Notes: generated by a model from the sequence alone, not told the origin. A stretch of 64,000 nt of DNA from a virus (IMGVR_UViG_3300035390_000014:128001-192000); one strand, 5' to 3'. Positions 44,818 through 54,954 are shown, counted from the stretch's first letter. Made by a program: numbers and translations.

Positions 44818-45114
44818 ATGAATATAATCGAATGTAAAGAAATGCAGAGAATTAAAAAACATGAATTGATACCAACTGTTATAGATCACATTTTTACTAT
44901 ATGTAAAGAAGATAAAAATTTTACTATTCAAGAAAGAATTGGAAAAATAGATAGTAGATTAACTCAAGCAAACACTCAAATTTCAAAACATAAAAAACTA
45001 TTGAATCAATCTAATAAGATTAAAAAAGAATTATTAGAGAAGATAAAAGCGATAGACGATGAAAGTTTTAAAATTAAATATAAAGTATTAGAAACTTTAG
45101 GAAGTGATATATGA
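44818..45114 (+). CDS. Coiled-coil hypothetical protein
   Basis: AGGAG RBS. Confidence 0.6.
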   Translation: MNIIECKEMQRIKKHELIPTVIDHIFTICKEDKNFTIQERIGKIDSRLTQANTQISKHKKLLNQSNKIKKELLEKIKAIDDESFKIKYKVLETLGSDI

Positions 45115-45524
45115 ATATTATTGAAACTAAAATCCCTGATATAAATATAGAAAATATAGATCAATCTAAAGTTAACTTAGCAGAAAAAATAATTAATAAC
45201 ATTAATCCTTTATTCGATGATTTGAGACAAGAAAAAATAAATGATTTTAAGTTTAAAGTAAATGAATTTAAACAAATTAAATCAACTGTATTATCTAATA
45301 AAAGTGAGATTGAAACCTTATTTGTACATTACAAAAGAAAACAAAAAGTTAAAAAATTATTGGAAAGAATTGATAAGTTAGTTTCTTTAGGTATTGTTAA
45401 CGAAGGTCAAACAAAGCAAGAAACTATAATTTTATTAAAAATTATTGACAAGTTACCAACTGATAAGTTAAACTTTCATCTAAAAGAAACCATGAACACA
45501 ATATCAAAACGATTTCCAACTTAA
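45111..45524 (+). CDS. Hypothetical protein
   Basis: ATGA overlap with upstream gene. Confidence 0.6.
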   Translation: MNIIETKIPDINIENIDQSKVNLAEKIINNINPLFDDLRQEKINDFKFKVNEFKQIKSTVLSNKSEIETLFVHYKRKQKVKKLLERIDKLVSLGIVNEGQTKQETIILLKIIDKLPTDKLNFHLKETMNTISKRFPT

Positions 45525-45552
45525 TAAGTAAAAGTATCAAAATAGTATCAAC

Positions 45553-45600
45553 TCTGAGTTTGTTTCTTAAATGTCTTGAGAAACAAACTCAGAGTTTTTT
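45553..45600 (+). terminator. Intrinsic terminator before the capsid promoter
   Basis: aactctgagtttgtttct / agaaacaaactcagagtt plus T-tract. Confidence 0.85.
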
Positions 45601-45703
45601 TCCGTTGGGAAATGTTCTAACTAGTAAAGTAAATAGAACATAATATAAATTCTTACTTGGATTATTATGTTAATTTATTATATCTACCATAGGAGGTATT
45701 ATT

Positions 45704-47155
45704 ATGAAAGAACTTCTACAAGAAGTGTACCAAACAACTAAGAAAATTTCTGGTGTGGATCCTTCCAAACCTGGAAATATGAAACAAGTCCTTGTCGATG
45801 ACGTTGCCTTCAATACTTATGTTACAGGTTTAGCTGAGTCTATTGAAAACAAAAAAGACAGAGAACAATTTACACTATTAGCAGAAAACACAAGAGTGAA
45901 CTTACTTGAAAATTCAATGTTTCAGATCAACCCTTACGAAACTTTGACTCTTCCTATTCTTAGAGTTTTCTATCCAAAACTTATTGCCAAAGAACTTATT
46001 ACGGTTTCTCCTATGGACAAACCTGAAACTATTAAAGCATTTTTGAAAGCTACTTTCAGTCCTTCTAATAGTTCTACTAAATATCCTTCTCCTGTAACTG
46101 GACAAGATATTTCTAGTGGTCCTGTTGTTGGTACTCCAGTATCTGCTTCAATGCCTGTTCCTTCTGACGCTTTCGATATTTTAGCAGTTGCTGGTGTTTC
46201 TAGTGACGAAGCTCATCTTGAAAGAGATTATGAAATTACAGCTGTTTCTGATGATGGTACTGCTTGGACAGAAGTATCTATTGTACCTGCAGTTGAAGGA
46301 CATTTTTCTTCAAGTGTAACTGTTAATTCTACTTCAGATGTTATTTCTGGTAAAGTTAATTATCTTGACGGACTTGTTGATGTATCTAGTACTACTGGTA
46401 CAGTTAAGTTCATCAAATACAAAGTTACTTTTTCACTAGAAGAAAATAAAATCAATCCTTCTGTTCAATTAAGTGTAGACAAAGTTCGTCTATATGCGAA
46501 AGACAGACAGATCAGTGCAAACTGGACTATTAACATGGAACAAGACATGAGAGCTCTATTTGATCTTTCTATGCAAGCTGAAATTGTTAATGTCCTTGGA
46601 CAACAAATCGCTCTTGATATTGATAGAGAGATTATCAATGCATTGATTACTGCTAATGCAAGATTGAATACTTCCGACCATGTTGGAACATTCGCTAGAA
46701 CAGCTCCATCTGGATACACTTGGGGTGACAAATATTGGCATGAAAATATCATCCCAGTATTGAATAAACTATCTGCACAGGTTTACACTGATACTAACAT
46801 GGAAGCTGCAAATGTTATTGCTGCTAACCCTCTTGACGTAGCTATTCTTGAAGATCTCCAGGGATTCAACTATACTGGTACTTCTTCTGTAGATGGTAAC
46901 ATGGGTTATAGAAGCGCAACAGTTGCTGGTGGAAAATGGAAAGTATTGACTTCAGCAGTAATTCCTCAAGGAACTATGTTGATGGTTTATAAACCAGTTG
47001 AAGAACTAAAGAGTGTATATATCTATGCTCCGTATGTTCCTGCTGTCCTTCACCCATATCCACTGGGAGCTACACCTTCTCTAACAATCCTTAGCAGATA
47101 TGCTACTGCATTGATTAGAAGTAATGGTATCTGTGCTTGTACAATTACTGCATAA
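45704..47155 (+). CDS. Major capsid protein (T4 gp23-like)
   Basis: LP.LR..YP.LIA.ELI.V.PM, WTI..EQD.R, IALDIDREII, YAPYVP, SRYA; own promoter and AGGAGG RBS. Confidence 0.9.
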   Translation: MKELLQEVYQTTKKISGVDPSKPGNMKQVLVDDVAFNTYVTGLAESIENKKDREQFTLLAENTRVNLLENSMFQINPYETLTLPILRVFYPKLIAKELITVSPMDKPETIKAFLKATFSPSNSSTKYPSPVTGQDISSGPVVGTPVSASMPVPSDAFDILAVAGVSSDEAHLERDYEITAVSDDGTAWTEVSIVPAVEGHFSSSVTVNSTSDVISGKVNYLDGLVDVSSTTGTVKFIKYKVTFSLEENKINPSVQLSVDKVRLYAKDRQISANWTINMEQDMRALFDLSMQAEIVNVLGQQIALDIDREIINALITANARLNTSDHVGTFARTAPSGYTWGDKYWHENIIPVLNKLSAQVYTDTNMEAANVIAANPLDVAILEDLQGFNYTGTSSVDGNMGYRSATVAGGKWKVLTSAVIPQGTMLMVYKPVEELKSVYIYAPYVPAVLHPYPLGATPSLTILSRYATALIRSNGICACTITA

Positions 47156-47181
47156 TAAAGTAATAAAATATTATTATAATA

Positions 47182-47220
47182 TAACTCCCTTAGCTATTGA
47201 TTTAGTTAAGGGAGTTTTTT
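47182..47220 (+). terminator. Terminator after the capsid gene
   Basis: aactcccttag / ttaagggagtt plus T-tract. Confidence 0.85.
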
Positions 47221-47279
47221 CCGTATGCATAAGAACCTATTTTATTATAAAAGAACATATATTAAAAAGGAGATTATAA

Positions 47280-48353
47280 ATGGGAAAACATATTATTAAG
47301 GATATTGAATTTGTAGAATGCCCATATTGTGAAAAAGGGAAAGATAATCAATTTCAAATGATTCATTGGACACATTTAAAAAAAATACATGGGAAAAAAA
47401 TTGATGATGTTTTAATTGAATTTCCTGGAATTCCAACAATGACAAAAAAAGAATCTGATAGAAGAAGAATTGCCGCTAAAAAAGGGACTAAAGAAAGTAG
47501 CAAAACACATTCTAAATTAAAAACTATTAAATGTATACACTGTAAGAATGAAATTCAAGTAAAAAATAATACATCAAATACACAAGCATGTAAAGAATGT
47601 TTAGAAAAAGGATTAGAAAATCCTGATGGAAAAACTAAACAAGTAGCAAATATTAATAGACAAAAAACATTAAGAAAAAAATATGGAGTTAATAATGCTG
47701 CAAATATTCCAGGTGTTACAGAAAAGAAAATAGAAACATGTGAAAATAAATATGGTGGTGTTGGATTTGCTAGTGATCAATTAAAAGAAAAAACAATAAA
47801 TACTATTAAAGAAAAATATGGTGTTGATAATATAATGAAATCTAATCCTGGTAAAAAAGGTTATATCAAAACATGTAATAAAAAATACAATGTTGATAAT
47901 ACAGTACACCTACCAGAAATAGCAGAAAAAATATCTAAAACTAAAAAAGAATATTTTAAAACTCACGATCACCATCATAAAGGTAAAACATACGAAGAAA
48001 TTATGGGTCAACCCAGAGCTGCTGAAAGAATAGAAGAACTTCGTGTATCCGGAGCAATTGGTCAATCATTAACCCCATTCATATCAGCGCCACAATTAAA
48101 ACTATTTGAATTAGTAAAACAAATATATCCAGAAGCTATAATGGAATATCCAATAGATATTTTTTGTATTGACATAGCTATAGAAGATTTAAGAATTGCT
48201 ATAGAGTATGATGGTAGTTATTGGCATGATAAAGAAAGAGATGATTATAGAGATTATGTCTTAAAAGAAAAAGGTTGGTCTACAATAAGATTTGAAGATT
48301 ATGTTCCATCTAAAGAAGAACTAATATTAGAAATCAATAAGAACATATTATAA
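47280..48353 (+). CDS. Free-standing homing-endonuclease-like protein with C-terminal DUF559/Vsr-like PD-(D/E)xK domain
   Basis: Repeats KKYGV.N, IDIA...RIAIEYDG.YWH. Confidence 0.75.
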   Translation: MGKHIIKDIEFVECPYCEKGKDNQFQMIHWTHLKKIHGKKIDDVLIEFPGIPTMTKKESDRRRIAAKKGTKESSKTHSKLKTIKCIHCKNEIQVKNNTSNTQACKECLEKGLENPDGKTKQVANINRQKTLRKKYGVNNAANIPGVTEKKIETCENKYGGVGFASDQLKEKTINTIKEKYGVDNIMKSNPGKKGYIKTCNKKYNVDNTVHLPEIAEKISKTKKEYFKTHDHHHKGKTYEEIMGQPRAAERIEELRVSGAIGQSLTPFISAPQLKLFELVKQIYPEAIMEYPIDIFCIDIAIEDLRIAIEYDGSYWHDKERDDYRDYVLKEKGWSTIRFEDYVPSKEELILEINKNIL

Positions 48354-48360
48354 ATTAAAG

Positions 48361-48453
48361 ATATGCCGGGCTCTGACTATGTAAATTCTTCTCTCTCATA
48401 AGTCGAGCAAGTAAAAAGGACCACATGTTATCGGGGACGTGTGGTCCTTTTTT
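48361..48453 (+). ncRNA. Candidate small RNA with own promoter (48340) and terminator
   Basis: Hairpin gctc-t-gac-tatg / cata-a-gtc-gagc with pyrimidine-rich loop, then aaaaaggaccacatgt / acgtgtggtccttttt; no ORF. Confidence 0.5.
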
Positions 48454-48475
48454 CCGTAGGCACATAATGATTACA

Positions 48476-48514
48476 AAAAAAATACCCAATCTATAAAAGA
48501 CTGGGTATTTTTTT
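48476..48514. terminator. Bidirectional terminator at the +/- block junction
   Basis: A-tract, aatacccaatct / agactgggtatt, T-tract. Confidence 0.75.
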
Positions 48515-49062
48515 GCGGAGTTTAAACCACCTTTACATAATACACCCCCGACATTACTTCCTCGTTAGTGTTACATAAATCTTTTTTTTGATTTATTTAT
48601 TAAAAGGACATCCCTTACAGCATTCATTGCCTTTGTTACAATCAAAGCATTCAGATGGATATTTGCATATTTCGCACCAATAAGCTTTTGTAAAGATTCC
48701 TTGTACCAGATGTTCGTGAATAAATTTCCACATAATCAAGTCTCCTTATAAAGTTAAGTTGCAATAATCTCTTACCTATGACTTAATAATATATATAGAA
48801 TATTTAATTATATTGGATTCTATTCAGACATAAATAAATTCTGATAAGCAGATTTATGAATCTCTCCACTATTACCACCGATCATTTTTTGTTTTGCCTT
48901 TTCATCTTTTTCTAAATACTTATAAGCATCTTTATGAAACTCACCAGTATTGTTTCCTATTATTATTTCCTTTACTTTAGAAAACATTATAATATCTCCT
49001 TTAAAATATAAACAACATAAATAATTGATTCAATTGATAAAATTAAAAACCACCAATCACGT

Positions 49063-49272
49063 CTATTTAACAGCTTCTTTTTTGGCGTCTGTTGCTTCGA
49101 ACTGCTTGACGTAATTTTTTGCCTCTTGGTTTCCACACCCAGATACGATTGGTCTCGCACTGGTGTATTCACTGATCGGACTTCGCAAACCTTTAATATC
49201 TTTAGCATAAAACACCGCCCATGAATAACAGTCATCTCCACCAAATTTTACTGCTCTATATTTTTTCGCCAT
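49063..49272 (-). CDS. Hypothetical protein (start moved to MAKKY at 49272)
   Basis: TAATG overlap with the RNase H stop. Confidence 0.55.
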   Translation of the reverse strand: MAKKYRAVKFGGDDCYSWAVFYAKDIKGLRSPISEYTSARPIVSGCGNQEAKNYVKQFEATDAKKEAVK

Positions 49273-49679
49273 TACAATATTCCTTTTTGAGCAAGAGAAT
49301 CGGCTATAGTATTTTGTTCTCTTGGTACCCATTGAATAGTTACATATTTTTTTGAGGTTAACCATTCATATAATTGAACAGCGTTAACCCATAAAGGTTT
49401 AAGATTATTGGATTTACATTTCCATTGACCTGTAACCTGCATGATTACCAATTTTGAATCACCATAGATATCAATGTGAGTTATCTTCTTATCCTTCACA
49501 AGATATTTCAACAACTCAATCAATCCCATATATTCAGCATAGTTATTAGTTCTATCCTCACTTGCTGTTCTTGATTCATGGTCCACTATATTTTCTTCGG
49601 TATCCAGGATTGCCCAACCACATTGAGCTAATCCTGGATTCCCTTTAGAAGACCCATCAAAGTATCCTTTACAATGCAT
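49272..49679 (-). CDS. rnhA: Ribonuclease HI
   Basis: FDGSSKGNPG, TNNYAEY.GL, GDSKLV, WVPREQN..AD.LA. Confidence 0.93.
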   Translation of the reverse strand: MHCKGYFDGSSKGNPGLAQCGWAILDTEENIVDHESRTASEDRTNNYAEYMGLIELLKYLVKDKKITHIDIYGDSKLVIMQVTGQWKCKSNNLKPLWVNAVQLYEWLTSKKYVTIQWVPREQNTIADSLAQKGIL

Positions 49680-49727
49680 ATTTCTCCTTAAACGTGCGAT
49701 GTAGGGATCACTAGATCCAGTCCCACA

Positions 49728-49910
49728 TTATTCGTTTTTTACAAACTTGTTATTAAATTCTATTCCATAAGGAATAATTATAATACAACATACTCCACCA
49801 ACTATAAATCCTGCACCAACTGATACTATGTTTCCAATCCCAATACCAAAACATACTCCAGCTCCTATAGCACAGAACCAGAACAAACATAGTAATCCTT
49901 CTTTACCCAT
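49728..49910 (-). CDS. Small membrane protein
   Basis: Gly-rich hydrophobic hairpin; resembles 53255-53443. Confidence 0.55.
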   Translation of the reverse strand: MGKEGLLCLFWFCAIGAGVCFGIGIGNIVSVGAGFIVGGVCCIIIIPYGIEFNNKFVKNE

Positions 49911-50121
49911 TTGGTTTTTCCTCTATTTTTATTTTTGGATTAAATCTAAGAAATGCTATACCATTGATACATACCCATACCCTTCCATCAGATCCAATTT
50001 GAATACCTAAATCTCCATTGAATATCTTATCGTCTGGAAGATTCTCAATTGATATAACCCCTTGACTATGTGTTTCATTCATCTCTTTAAAGACAATTGG
50101 AGCTCCAGATAAATCACTCAT
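49903..50121 (-). CDS. Hypothetical protein
   Basis: GDLGIQIGSDGRVWVCING..FLRF. Confidence 0.55.
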   Translation of the reverse strand: MSDLSGAPIVFKEMNETHSQGVISIENLPDDKIFNGDLGIQIGSDGRVWVCINGIAFLRFNPKIKIEEKPNG

Positions 50122-50443
50122 AGGTTTTCCTCATATAATCTGATGCCTTAACAACATCAAGAGATGGCCATAACCGTTTGCAATATCCAAGTTCAGGGAT
50201 ATCCCAATGACCCATACTTCCACCAGGTCCTTCTCTTTTGGCTTCTACACCATAATCAATTGCCATTTTGCGAATCATCTCAGACCCACCACTATGGTCT
50301 TCCCGACTCTCACCTTTTGTCACAACTGTCCATGACATACACTCAGCATCACATTGTTTTGGATATCCAGTTTTTCCCATAATAAATGGGCACTTTTTTG
50401 TTGAGCAAAGATCAGTTGGTATTAATGGAACTTTTTTATTCAT
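50114..50443 (-). CDS. Cys-rich hypothetical protein
   Basis: CPF..C..ECMSW..GYC. Confidence 0.55.
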   Translation of the reverse strand: MNKKVPLIPTDLCSTKKCPFIMGKTGYPKQCDAECMSWTVVTKGESREDHSGGSEMIRKMAIDYGVEAKREGPGGSMGHWDIPELGYCKRLWPSLDVVKASDYMRKTYE

Positions 50444-50446
50444 TTT

Positions 50447-50899
50447 TTATCCTCTTGTTTTTTCAATTCCATATGGATATTGAACCTCAGGTCTGTTTGG
50501 TTTTTCATCGAACTTTTCCCAAGGAAATGTCACCCAGTCATTACATGTTTCCACCCAATAATCAGGTGTGATAACTGAGCGATCCTTAACAAACAATACT
50601 GCAGTTATTGGTTTAAACCCTAACCATATACCAATATCTTTTAATGTTTTGCCAGTATCGGCAATGTCATCAACAAATAAAACTCTTTCAAGTTCATCTT
50701 TATTTAATTCATGAAGCAATCCCTTATCAAGATATTTAAGATCAAGATGATGACTCATATGAACTGCAATTGGTAATCCACCTCTTTTAGGTCCATAAAC
50801 AAAATCCAATTCTCCATGAATTGCATGACCCTCAATATAATTAACCATTTTATCAAGCATATGATCATAATCGTTATATGTTACAATTCTATTTTCCAC
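50447..50899 (-). CDS. Type I phosphoribosyltransferase
   Basis: GPKRGGLP, PRPP-binding LFVDDIADTGKTL, WV.FPWE. Confidence 0.88.
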   Translation of the reverse strand: MENRIVTYNDYDHMLDKMVNYIEGHAIHGELDFVYGPKRGGLPIAVHMSHHLDLKYLDKGLLHELNKDELERVLFVDDIADTGKTLKDIGIWLGFKPITAVLFVKDRSVITPDYWVETCNDWVTFPWEKFDEKPNRPEVQYPYGIEKTRG

Positions 50900-51068
50900 T
50901 AAACCTCTCCTTCTTTAGCAGCTTTTAACATTTTCTCTGCAAGTTCCGGACTACTGTCAATTCTATGTCTCATTTCCCAACAGTTATCGCATTCTTTAGT
51001 TCCCAAGTATGATGTATCTTTTCCACACCATTTACATTTATATGTTTGCTCTGGCATTATTATTTCTC

Positions 51069-51449
51069 CTATCTTATTTTTTTAGTTGCAGCCATTCTAA
51101 TCGTTTTATATATAGTTGGAATATCTAAATCTTTGTTAAAATTAGATCTATATCCAAATCCTGCAGAAGGACCTTTTATTTTCTTTACAAGATCAACAGA
51201 TGATGATGTTAATTTTATCATCACCTTACCAATTGTTTTTTTATCTTTTCCCAAATAATTAGATAATTCATTAACAGTTAAACATAATTTTTGTTGATTT
51301 AAAATCCAAAGAATTTCTTCACCAATAGTTTGAAACATTCTTTTTGGGGCTTTTATAACAAGCCCTGATTGAGTTTGTAACATACCTCTACCATATAATC
51401 TTTTTTCAAGTTTAAGCACTTCTGATGATTTTCTCATTTTACCATCCAT
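51069..51449 (-). CDS. Winged-helix DNA-binding protein
   Basis: LTVNELSNYLGKDKKTIGKVM HTH pattern. Confidence 0.5.
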   Translation of the reverse strand: MDGKMRKSSEVLKLEKRLYGRGMLQTQSGLVIKAPKRMFQTIGEEILWILNQQKLCLTVNELSNYLGKDKKTIGKVMIKLTSSSVDLVKKIKGPSAGFGYRSNFNKDLDIPTIYKTIRMAATKKIR

Positions 51450-51840
51450 TATCCCAATGAATAAAAGTTGTTATATCCGGCATATTACTTTTATACCGAA
51501 TCTCATTATCAACTATCAAATCAATTTTAAAATTATTACATAAGATTCCTTTTGACTCCCACCAATAGAAATCATCACACCACCAATAACCCTTTTCATC
51601 CTGGTTCATTGGAACTCGAGAATTAAATCTCAAATAATCAACGACTGATAAAACATTGCAACCTTGATAATGTATTCTTTCAAAATAACCAAGTTTTATC
51701 AGTTCAGCTCTGATTTGTTCTTCTGGTGGACCAGATATAATAAAAACCTCAACTCCACTATTAACAAGAGCTTTCATTTGTGGTTTAAATACTTCTGGAC
51801 TAGTATTTATTGTTCCATGGATATCAAAAGCTATTTTCAT
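51439..51840 (-). CDS. HAD-like protein
   Basis: IAFDIHGTI, IISG, SKG..C...IDLIVDN. Confidence 0.6.
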   Translation of the reverse strand: MKIAFDIHGTINTSPEVFKPQMKALVNSGVEVFIISGPPEEQIRAELIKLGYFERIHYQGCNVLSVVDYLRFNSRVPMNQDEKGYWWCDDFYWWESKGILCNNFKIDLIVDNEIRYKSNMPDITTFIHWDNGW

Positions 51841-51843
51841 AGT

Positions 51844-52104
51844 TTAACCCCCGTTAACTTCAGTCATTCCAAACATATGTTGAGTATCACAATAGGGGCA
51901 TGTCAATATTTTATCTCCCATAGCAACAGTTGGTTGTTTACTTCCGCAGGTAACAATACCAGCTTTATCAACATAAACAAATTTCCTCATGGGAGTTACA
52001 AATTTAAAATTCTCTGTAGGTTCAGTTAATTTTATTTTGGAGGCATCAAAAGTTTTGTAACAGAAATCGCAATTAAAAGTACCAACGGCATCTTCAAATT
52101 TCAT
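51844..52104 (-). CDS. Zn-ribbon protein
   Basis: CDFC ... CPYC. Confidence 0.55.
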   Translation of the reverse strand: MKFEDAVGTFNCDFCYKTFDASKIKLTEPTENFKFVTPMRKFVYVDKAGIVTCGSKQPTVAMGDKILTCPYCDTQHMFGMTEVNGG

Positions 52105-52107
52105 TTT

Positions 52108-52323
52108 TTACCCCTTTACAGATAAATGAACATCACTATTAGTTCCACCAGTTACAACAAGTGTTTTGTTATCTCTCAAAACACAAATCAACCCAGCTAT
52201 TTGACCTCTTACTCCAGCACCCATTGTATCACCAGATGCAATAAGCGGTTTAGCGGAGCTACTTGGTTTAGCCATAAAATAATCAACAATCATTTGTTTT
52301 AATTCTTCTCTTGTCATTGTCAT
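52108..52323 (-). CDS. Hypothetical protein
   Basis: ATGA overlap with the nadE stop. Confidence 0.5.
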   Translation of the reverse strand: MTMTREELKQMIVDYFMAKPSSSAKPLIASGDTMGAGVRGQIAGLICVLRDNKTLVVTGGTNSDVHLSVKG

Positions 52324-53252
52324 CTTCTGTCTGCTCCTCCATCTATAAAATCAATTTTATTTGGAAATCTTGGATTTATACCATGTACTGACTCAAGTAA
52401 ATTTTTTCTTGAAATACTATAAGGATTTTCTCTTTTGTAATGAGTATTTTCATACATAGTCAATACCTGAGAAATTTGACCACCACGTTTAACAATATCT
52501 GGAAATTTTCCATTTGAATACTCTTCCAGAATTTTATCTACTTCTTCATAACTTTCAACATCACCGAATTGATCCAAGTCTGAATCAGTGATACCTAAAC
52601 CATCAGTTGGGACTGCTTCAATAACAGATCTGATAGTTCTTCTTTTATCAGAATTAACTGGACTGAAATTATAATATTGTTTTAAAATACCATATACTTC
52701 AGTTTTCCAGAGATTTTGAATCATTCCATAGTCACCAACATCACCATGGATTGTCCAAAAACCTAACTTATATTCAGTTAGATTATCAGTAGATAAAACA
52801 AGTCCCTGGTTAACATGGGCAAGATGATAAAGTTGAATCATTCTTAACCTAGCTTTAATGTTACCAAGTCTTATTTTATCTGCATAAGTATGAGTTAAAG
52901 CTTCTTCCATTGGCAATTCTATATTATTGATTAAACCATAATATGTACTGGTTAAATCCATAGTTCTAAAATCATTGCAAAATAATTTACCAAGTTTCTC
53001 AGCTCGATCAATTTCCTCCTGGGTATTAACTTCAATTATCAGAGATCGACCTATGAGTTTTATATCTCTATCTAACTGAGTTTTACATCGTTCACATACT
53101 TCTTGTGCCAATAGACCTACTGCAGCGCTATCAGCACCCCCAGAAACACCCAATACCAAACTTTTGATATTAGGATATTCAACCAGGTAACCAACCGTAT
53201 AATCGACTACATTCTCTCTTATACGGTTTAATTCATGACTTGAAGTTATCAT
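52320..53252 (-). CDS. nadE: NH3-dependent NAD synthetase
   Basis: LGVSGGADS, GNIKARLRM, STDNLTE..LGF.T.HGD, KTEV, PTDGL. Confidence 0.93.
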   Translation of the reverse strand: MITSSHELNRIRENVVDYTVGYLVEYPNIKSLVLGVSGGADSAAVGLLAQEVCERCKTQLDRDIKLIGRSLIIEVNTQEEIDRAEKLGKLFCNDFRTMDLTSTYYGLINNIELPMEEALTHTYADKIRLGNIKARLRMIQLYHLAHVNQGLVLSTDNLTEYKLGFWTIHGDVGDYGMIQNLWKTEVYGILKQYYNFSPVNSDKRRTIRSVIEAVPTDGLGITDSDLDQFGDVESYEEVDKILEEYSNGKFPDIVKRGGQISQVLTMYENTHYKRENPYSISRKNLLESVHGINPRFPNKIDFIDGGADRR

Positions 53253-53254
53253 TT

Positions 53255-53443
53255 TTAATCCTCAAATATTTTATCAACATTTTTAGCAAACCAAAATCCA
53301 ACTGGAATAGAAGCAATGGCATATGAACCAAAAACTAACCACCCAACTCCAGATGAAAATATATGACCAAAACCAAAACCCAACCCTATTCCTCCAAATA
53401 CAAGAGAAATATAAAATATCCATATCGCAGATTCTTCATTCAT
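53255..53443 (-). CDS. Small membrane protein (start moved from 53479)
   Basis: AGGAG RBS before ATG 53443. Confidence 0.55.
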   Translation of the reverse strand: MNEESAIWIFYISLVFGGIGLGFGFGHIFSSGVGWLVFGSYAIASIPVGFWFAKNVDKIFED

Positions 53444-53453
53444 TTTTGTTCTC

Positions 53454-53792
53454 CTATATTGGTCTGTATACAACTTCATTCAATCTTACATCTTCAAAAT
53501 CCCATGAGTCTGGCACATATTTATATTCAGTTCCATCGAACCAAATGTCACCTTTTCTCCAGACTCCCATCCACCCAAGATCATCCCGATAATATACAAG
53601 ACATGGAACTCCCATAACAACTTCCCGATTAGGACGAAATTCTTGATATTGGATTGGTTTGGGTGCATATGGATCTTCTTTTTCTGGAAACATTAAATGA
53701 TCATCTTCAGCTATTTCCAATGACTCTCTAGCAATATCACCAGTTAATAGGGAACTCATAATTCCCTTCTGCTTATAAAAATTAGACATCAA
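53454..53792 (-). CDS. Hypothetical protein
   Basis: ORF track. Confidence 0.55.
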   Translation of the reverse strand: MMSNFYKQKGIMSSLLTGDIARESLEIAEDDHLMFPEKEDPYAPKPIQYQEFRPNREVVMGVPCLVYYRDDLGWMGVWRKGDIWFDGTEYKYVPDSWDFEDVRLNEVVYRPI

Positions 53793-54954
53793 ATATTCCT
53801 TTTACATATTCTTCAAATTTAGGATCCAAACACATTGCTTTACCAGATGAATCTGAAACCTTTGCCACAGGGCGACCATTACATTCAGTCATTTTCATAA
53901 CTATTTGTTGAGGAGTTACACCCAAATCATTTGTAAAATTTGTGCCAATACCATAAGATGTTTTGATTTCAGATGAAAACTTTTTAAACAAATCAACAGC
54001 TATTGGGAATGTTAATCCATCACTAAACACAGCAACTTTGGATTTTGGATCTATCCCAAGATGATTATAATGTTTAATTAATGTTTCACACCAGTGATAA
54101 GGACAACCAGAATCATGTCTTGCTCCATCAAACAACTTTGCAAAATACAAATCAAAGTCTCTAATAAAAGCATTAAAACCAACTGTATCAGATAATGCTA
54201 TTCCTAAATCTCCACGATAAACATCTGACCAAGATTGAAAAGCAGCCTTTTGAGAATCCTCAACACGACCTAATTGCTGATGTGCACAAATATACTCATG
54301 GGCCATTGTTCCGGATGGAGTTAATCCATATTCCATGGCAAAATGAATATTAGAAGTTGCCTTTATATATCTGGTTTTAGAAGCCATTTTAAGCAATTCT
54401 TTATGCCATTCATATGAGAATCTTCTCCGAGTTCCAAAGTCAGATATTCTGAAATCTGAATCCTTATGAATATGATTATCCAAATAAGCTATTTTTTCAT
54501 TAAACTTATCTTTGCCTACAAGATAAGTGTTTATTCCTCCATCCCCATTGTGATGATGAAACAATTCACTGACTGTTGCAAGAATTGGAACCTCAAATGG
54601 AATTGTCATTAACCAAGGACCCTCAACAATAATATTAAAACCATTTGAAGTATCAAATCTAACATAGTCATAATTTAATTGAAAATTTCTAAGAAACTCA
54701 ATAAAACCTGGTTTGAAAAATCTGATTGATCTGAGATAATCAATTTCATCGTTTGTAAATTTGAGTTTGCAAAGTTCTTGTATCCAAACTCCAATGTCAT
54801 TAAAGAGCTTACCCCCATCAGTTGTTCTTTCGTTAAATAAAGTTCCATTACGATCTTTAAAATCATATCTAACCCAGGCATTTGGATAATTTTCAAATAC
54901 TGCCTGCATCATTGTTAGTTTATACAAATCTGTATCACATAATGATTTAATCAT
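53782..54954 (-). CDS. pncB: Nicotinate phosphoribosyltransferase
   Basis: DTDLYKLTM, DFGTRRR, TSN, GTMAHE, RHDSG, FSDGL, GIGT, VAKVSD..GK. Confidence 0.95.
   Translation of the reverse strand: MIKSLCDTDLYKLTMMQAVFENYPNAWVRYDFKDRNGTLFNERTTDGGKLFNDIGVWIQELCKLKFTNDEIDYLRSIRFFKPGFIEFLRNFQLNYDYVRFDTSNGFNIIVEGPWLMTIPFEVPILATVSELFHHHNGDGGINTYLVGKDKFNEKIAYLDNHIHKDSDFRISDFGTRRRFSYEWHKELLKMASKTRYIKATSNIHFAMEYGLTPSGTMAHEYICAHQQLGRVEDSQKAAFQSWSDVYRGDLGIALSDTVGFNAFIRDFDLYFAKLFDGARHDSGCPYHWCETLIKHYNHLGIDPKSKVAVFSDGLTFPIAVDLFKKFSSEIKTSYGIGTNFTNDLGVTPQQIVMKMTECNGRPVAKVSDSSGKAMCLDPKFEEYVKGIFDV

Noticed and set aside
48987-49244. 85-aa minus-strand ORF
   Set aside because: Overlaps the better-supported 49063-49272 gene in another frame, with no clear RBS
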